Source: Hormiphora californensis
Lineage: Eukaryota > Animalia > Ctenophora
DNA: 64,000 bases
Assembly (NCBI GenBank): GCA_020137815.1
Contig: CM035355.1
Location: 5,890,001 to 5,954,000 of the forward strand
Direction: 5' to 3'
Part shown: piece after piece, positions 61,992 to 64,000 of the stretch
Numbering within the stretch: position 1 is the stretch's first letter
Layout: each line of letters opens with the position of its first letter
The notes under the pieces: generated by a model
Told to the model about the DNA's origin: nothing
What the model saw: the letters and a program-made list of their open reading frames with translations, nothing else
Databases searched by the model: none
Translations under genes and position numbers: made by a program

Positions 61992-62354
61992 GTATCTCAG
62001 GAGTGAGGCACATTGAAGGAGGGAGTCAGATGCACTACCTGACTTCTTCAATGAATGAGTGAAACGGGGTGAGTATCTGTTTACACTATCTAAGCATGTT
62101 GTTGGGAGTAGAGACACCTGGGAGTAGAGACACCTGTGATTACAGAGAGTATGTTCTTACTTTGAAATATATAGGCCCATAAAATAATCACCAGCTGGCA
62201 GCTGCATGATGACATGTCTAAAATCAGAGCTCACAAAATTACATAATCATTGTCCTTTCACCATTAGATATGTAATGGAGCATTCAGCTATGAATATTGT
62301 CCAAGTCAAGCACCATCTTTTCAACAAAAAAGAAAGGACAAATAATCTGATTTT

Positions 62355-63431
62355 CTAAGAGTTGCTGGTGGAAGCAGATACACTACTAGTCCCTGTGATA
62401 ACCCCGGCAGCTGCATTGGAAACCAGTGCCCGAACATAACACGCAAACCTCCTATTGGTAACGGTATACAGGATTGGATTCCCGACCACTGCGAACCACA
62501 GGAATACCGCCGCTGTGAGGTTCAGCTCACCACCGATAGTAACTCTCCCTGGCAGAGCTACCCCGACCACATAGACACCAATATAGGGCGCCCAACTTAG
62601 GGCAAAGAGACCACATATTGATGTTGTGGTGATCAGGGCCTTTGACCCTGATATTCCTCCACTGCGCTGCTGATTGGCTCCCCCACTCCGCTGCTGATTG
62701 GTTCCCCTACTGCGCTGATGATTGGCTCCCCAACTGCGCTGCTGATTGGCTCCCCCACTGCGCTGATGATTGGCTCCCCCACTCCGCTGATGATTGGTTC
62801 CCCCACTCCAATTGGGTGTTGTATGCCGGAGGGCAAGAATTAGGATGAATACGTTGAGTGTGGTGATAAGGCACAGTGGAATTACTACCACGATTGCTAT
62901 AAGAATTCCAACCAAGAGTGCGTTGTCAGGGGTAACGATGAGAGAGCACCAACCAACAAGTGGGTAGAACCCAACCTCCATACCATGGCACAGGATAGAC
63001 ACCACAGGAAGAACAGGACTTGCCACCCATACACATATTACGACTACTTTCGCAGTCCAGGCTGATTGAACTCGAAGGGGTGATAGGAGGACTCTAAGAC
63101 GGTGGCATGCGATTGAGATCACAGTGAGAATATTAACTGTGGTTGTTATGTATCCTGACCACAGCTGAAAATCACAAAACACCGAACCAAATATCCACCG
63201 ACCAGCAGTGTAGGTGATGAAAGTGGGTAGAATTATCAGGGAAGTGTTTAGGAAGTCTGCAAAGGCAAGGTTTTGAAGGAATATCAGGGAGACATGGTCC
63301 AGTTTTATGGAGTCGTAGCGGAGAGAGGAGTATAGTACCAGGCCGTTTCCTAACAAGCCAGTGGTGAAACAGATTAGTCCAAATGGTATCAGGAAGATTC
63401 GCTGAGTTATGGAGAGGGAGACTTCATCCAT
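62355..63431 (-). CDS. intronless class A GPCR nested antisense in an ATR intron
   Basis: LLGN (TM1), NLAFAD (TM2), WIFG..C, ACHR at DRY, SWAPY (TM6), NPILY (TM7). Confidence 0.92.
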   Translation of the reverse strand: MDEVSLSITQRIFLIPFGLICFTTGLLGNGLVLYSSLRYDSIKLDHVSLIFLQNLAFADFLNTSLIILPTFITYTAGRWIFGSVFCDFQLWSGYITTTVNILTVISIACHRLRVLLSPLRVQSAWTAKVVVICVWVASPVLPVVSILCHGMEVGFYPLVGWCSLIVTPDNALLVGILIAIVVVIPLCLITTLNVFILILALRHTTPNWSGGTNHQRSGGANHQRSGGANQQRSWGANHQRSRGTNQQRSGGANQQRSGGISGSKALITTTSICGLFALSWAPYIGVYVVGVALPGRVTIGGELNLTAAVFLWFAVVGNPILYTVTNRRFACYVRALVSNAAAGVITGTSSVSASTSNS

Positions 63432-64000
63432 AACTACGAGAATTGAACTGGATTACGGTTGGAGTACTTGTTAAAATCGGCTGTTCGACATTGGTTACGT
63501 CATAGCCGTTGCGACGCTGTCTACGATATCAGGACAACTAAGACGTGTGGGAAAAACAATCAATGTCAGCGTCTTAGACGCCGTAGGCAACGCTTTATGC
63601 AGGCGGCCAATGTGACGAGGCACCACTGAGGAAAAGAAGTTAGAAAAGTAACAACTTCATGCCAGAATTTGCAGTTTAAATTATATTGCAGATGCGAAAA
63701 ACCTAAGGTTAGAAATTTCCTAATAGAAAATAGAAGAGTGGCCTGAGCAGAATCGACCATACAGCAAGAGAGAAAAGGGGAAGGATCATTATAGGCAGGA
63801 GCCAGGCAGGTGTTATTAGATATTATTAGAGAATAATATACTAATAATAGAGAGAGCTCCTTAGAGAATAATATACTGATAATAGAGAGAGAGCTCCTTG
63901 AGCCTACTCATTCTTCAGTTTGTATAATATTCTTCATAATAAAGGCTCTTTTCTCCTTCAATTATAATCCCAGATCTTTTTCCACTCTGAATCTCACGCC

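Noticed and set aside
62355-63431. Opsin identity for either GPCR
   Set aside because: No Lys at the retinal-binding position six residues before the TM7 Asn

Overview
Eukaryotic, intron-rich, (CT)n-rich genomic DNA, most likely from a cydippid ctenophore. That inference rests on a 37-nt sequence, present three times, that matches the Pleurobrachia/Hormiphora spliced leader (SL) as I recall it. Host genes: midnolin-like, SPCS1, casein kinase 1 (with a GPCR nested in intron 1), NDUFA2, and the 5' part of ATR (with cathepsin L, a lectin-like gene and a second GPCR nested in its introns). Mobile DNA: two CR1/L2-group LINEs, a 5982-bp TTAA-flanked Kolobok-like transposon with 944-bp TIRs encoding an intact 8-exon transposase-DEDDh exonuclease fusion, a Penelope-like fragment with a hammerhead ribozyme, several fold-back elements and MITEs. 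Most notable: (1) both divergent LINEs carry an in-frame -1 slippery heptamer plus a potential pseudoknot just after the point where the ORF2 frame opens, suggesting Gag-Pol-like ORF1-ORF2 frameshifting; (2) one LINE begins with the SL; (3) a TSD-flanked perfect palindrome joins the SL directly to a hammerhead core. All homology calls are by eye and from memory; no searches were run.
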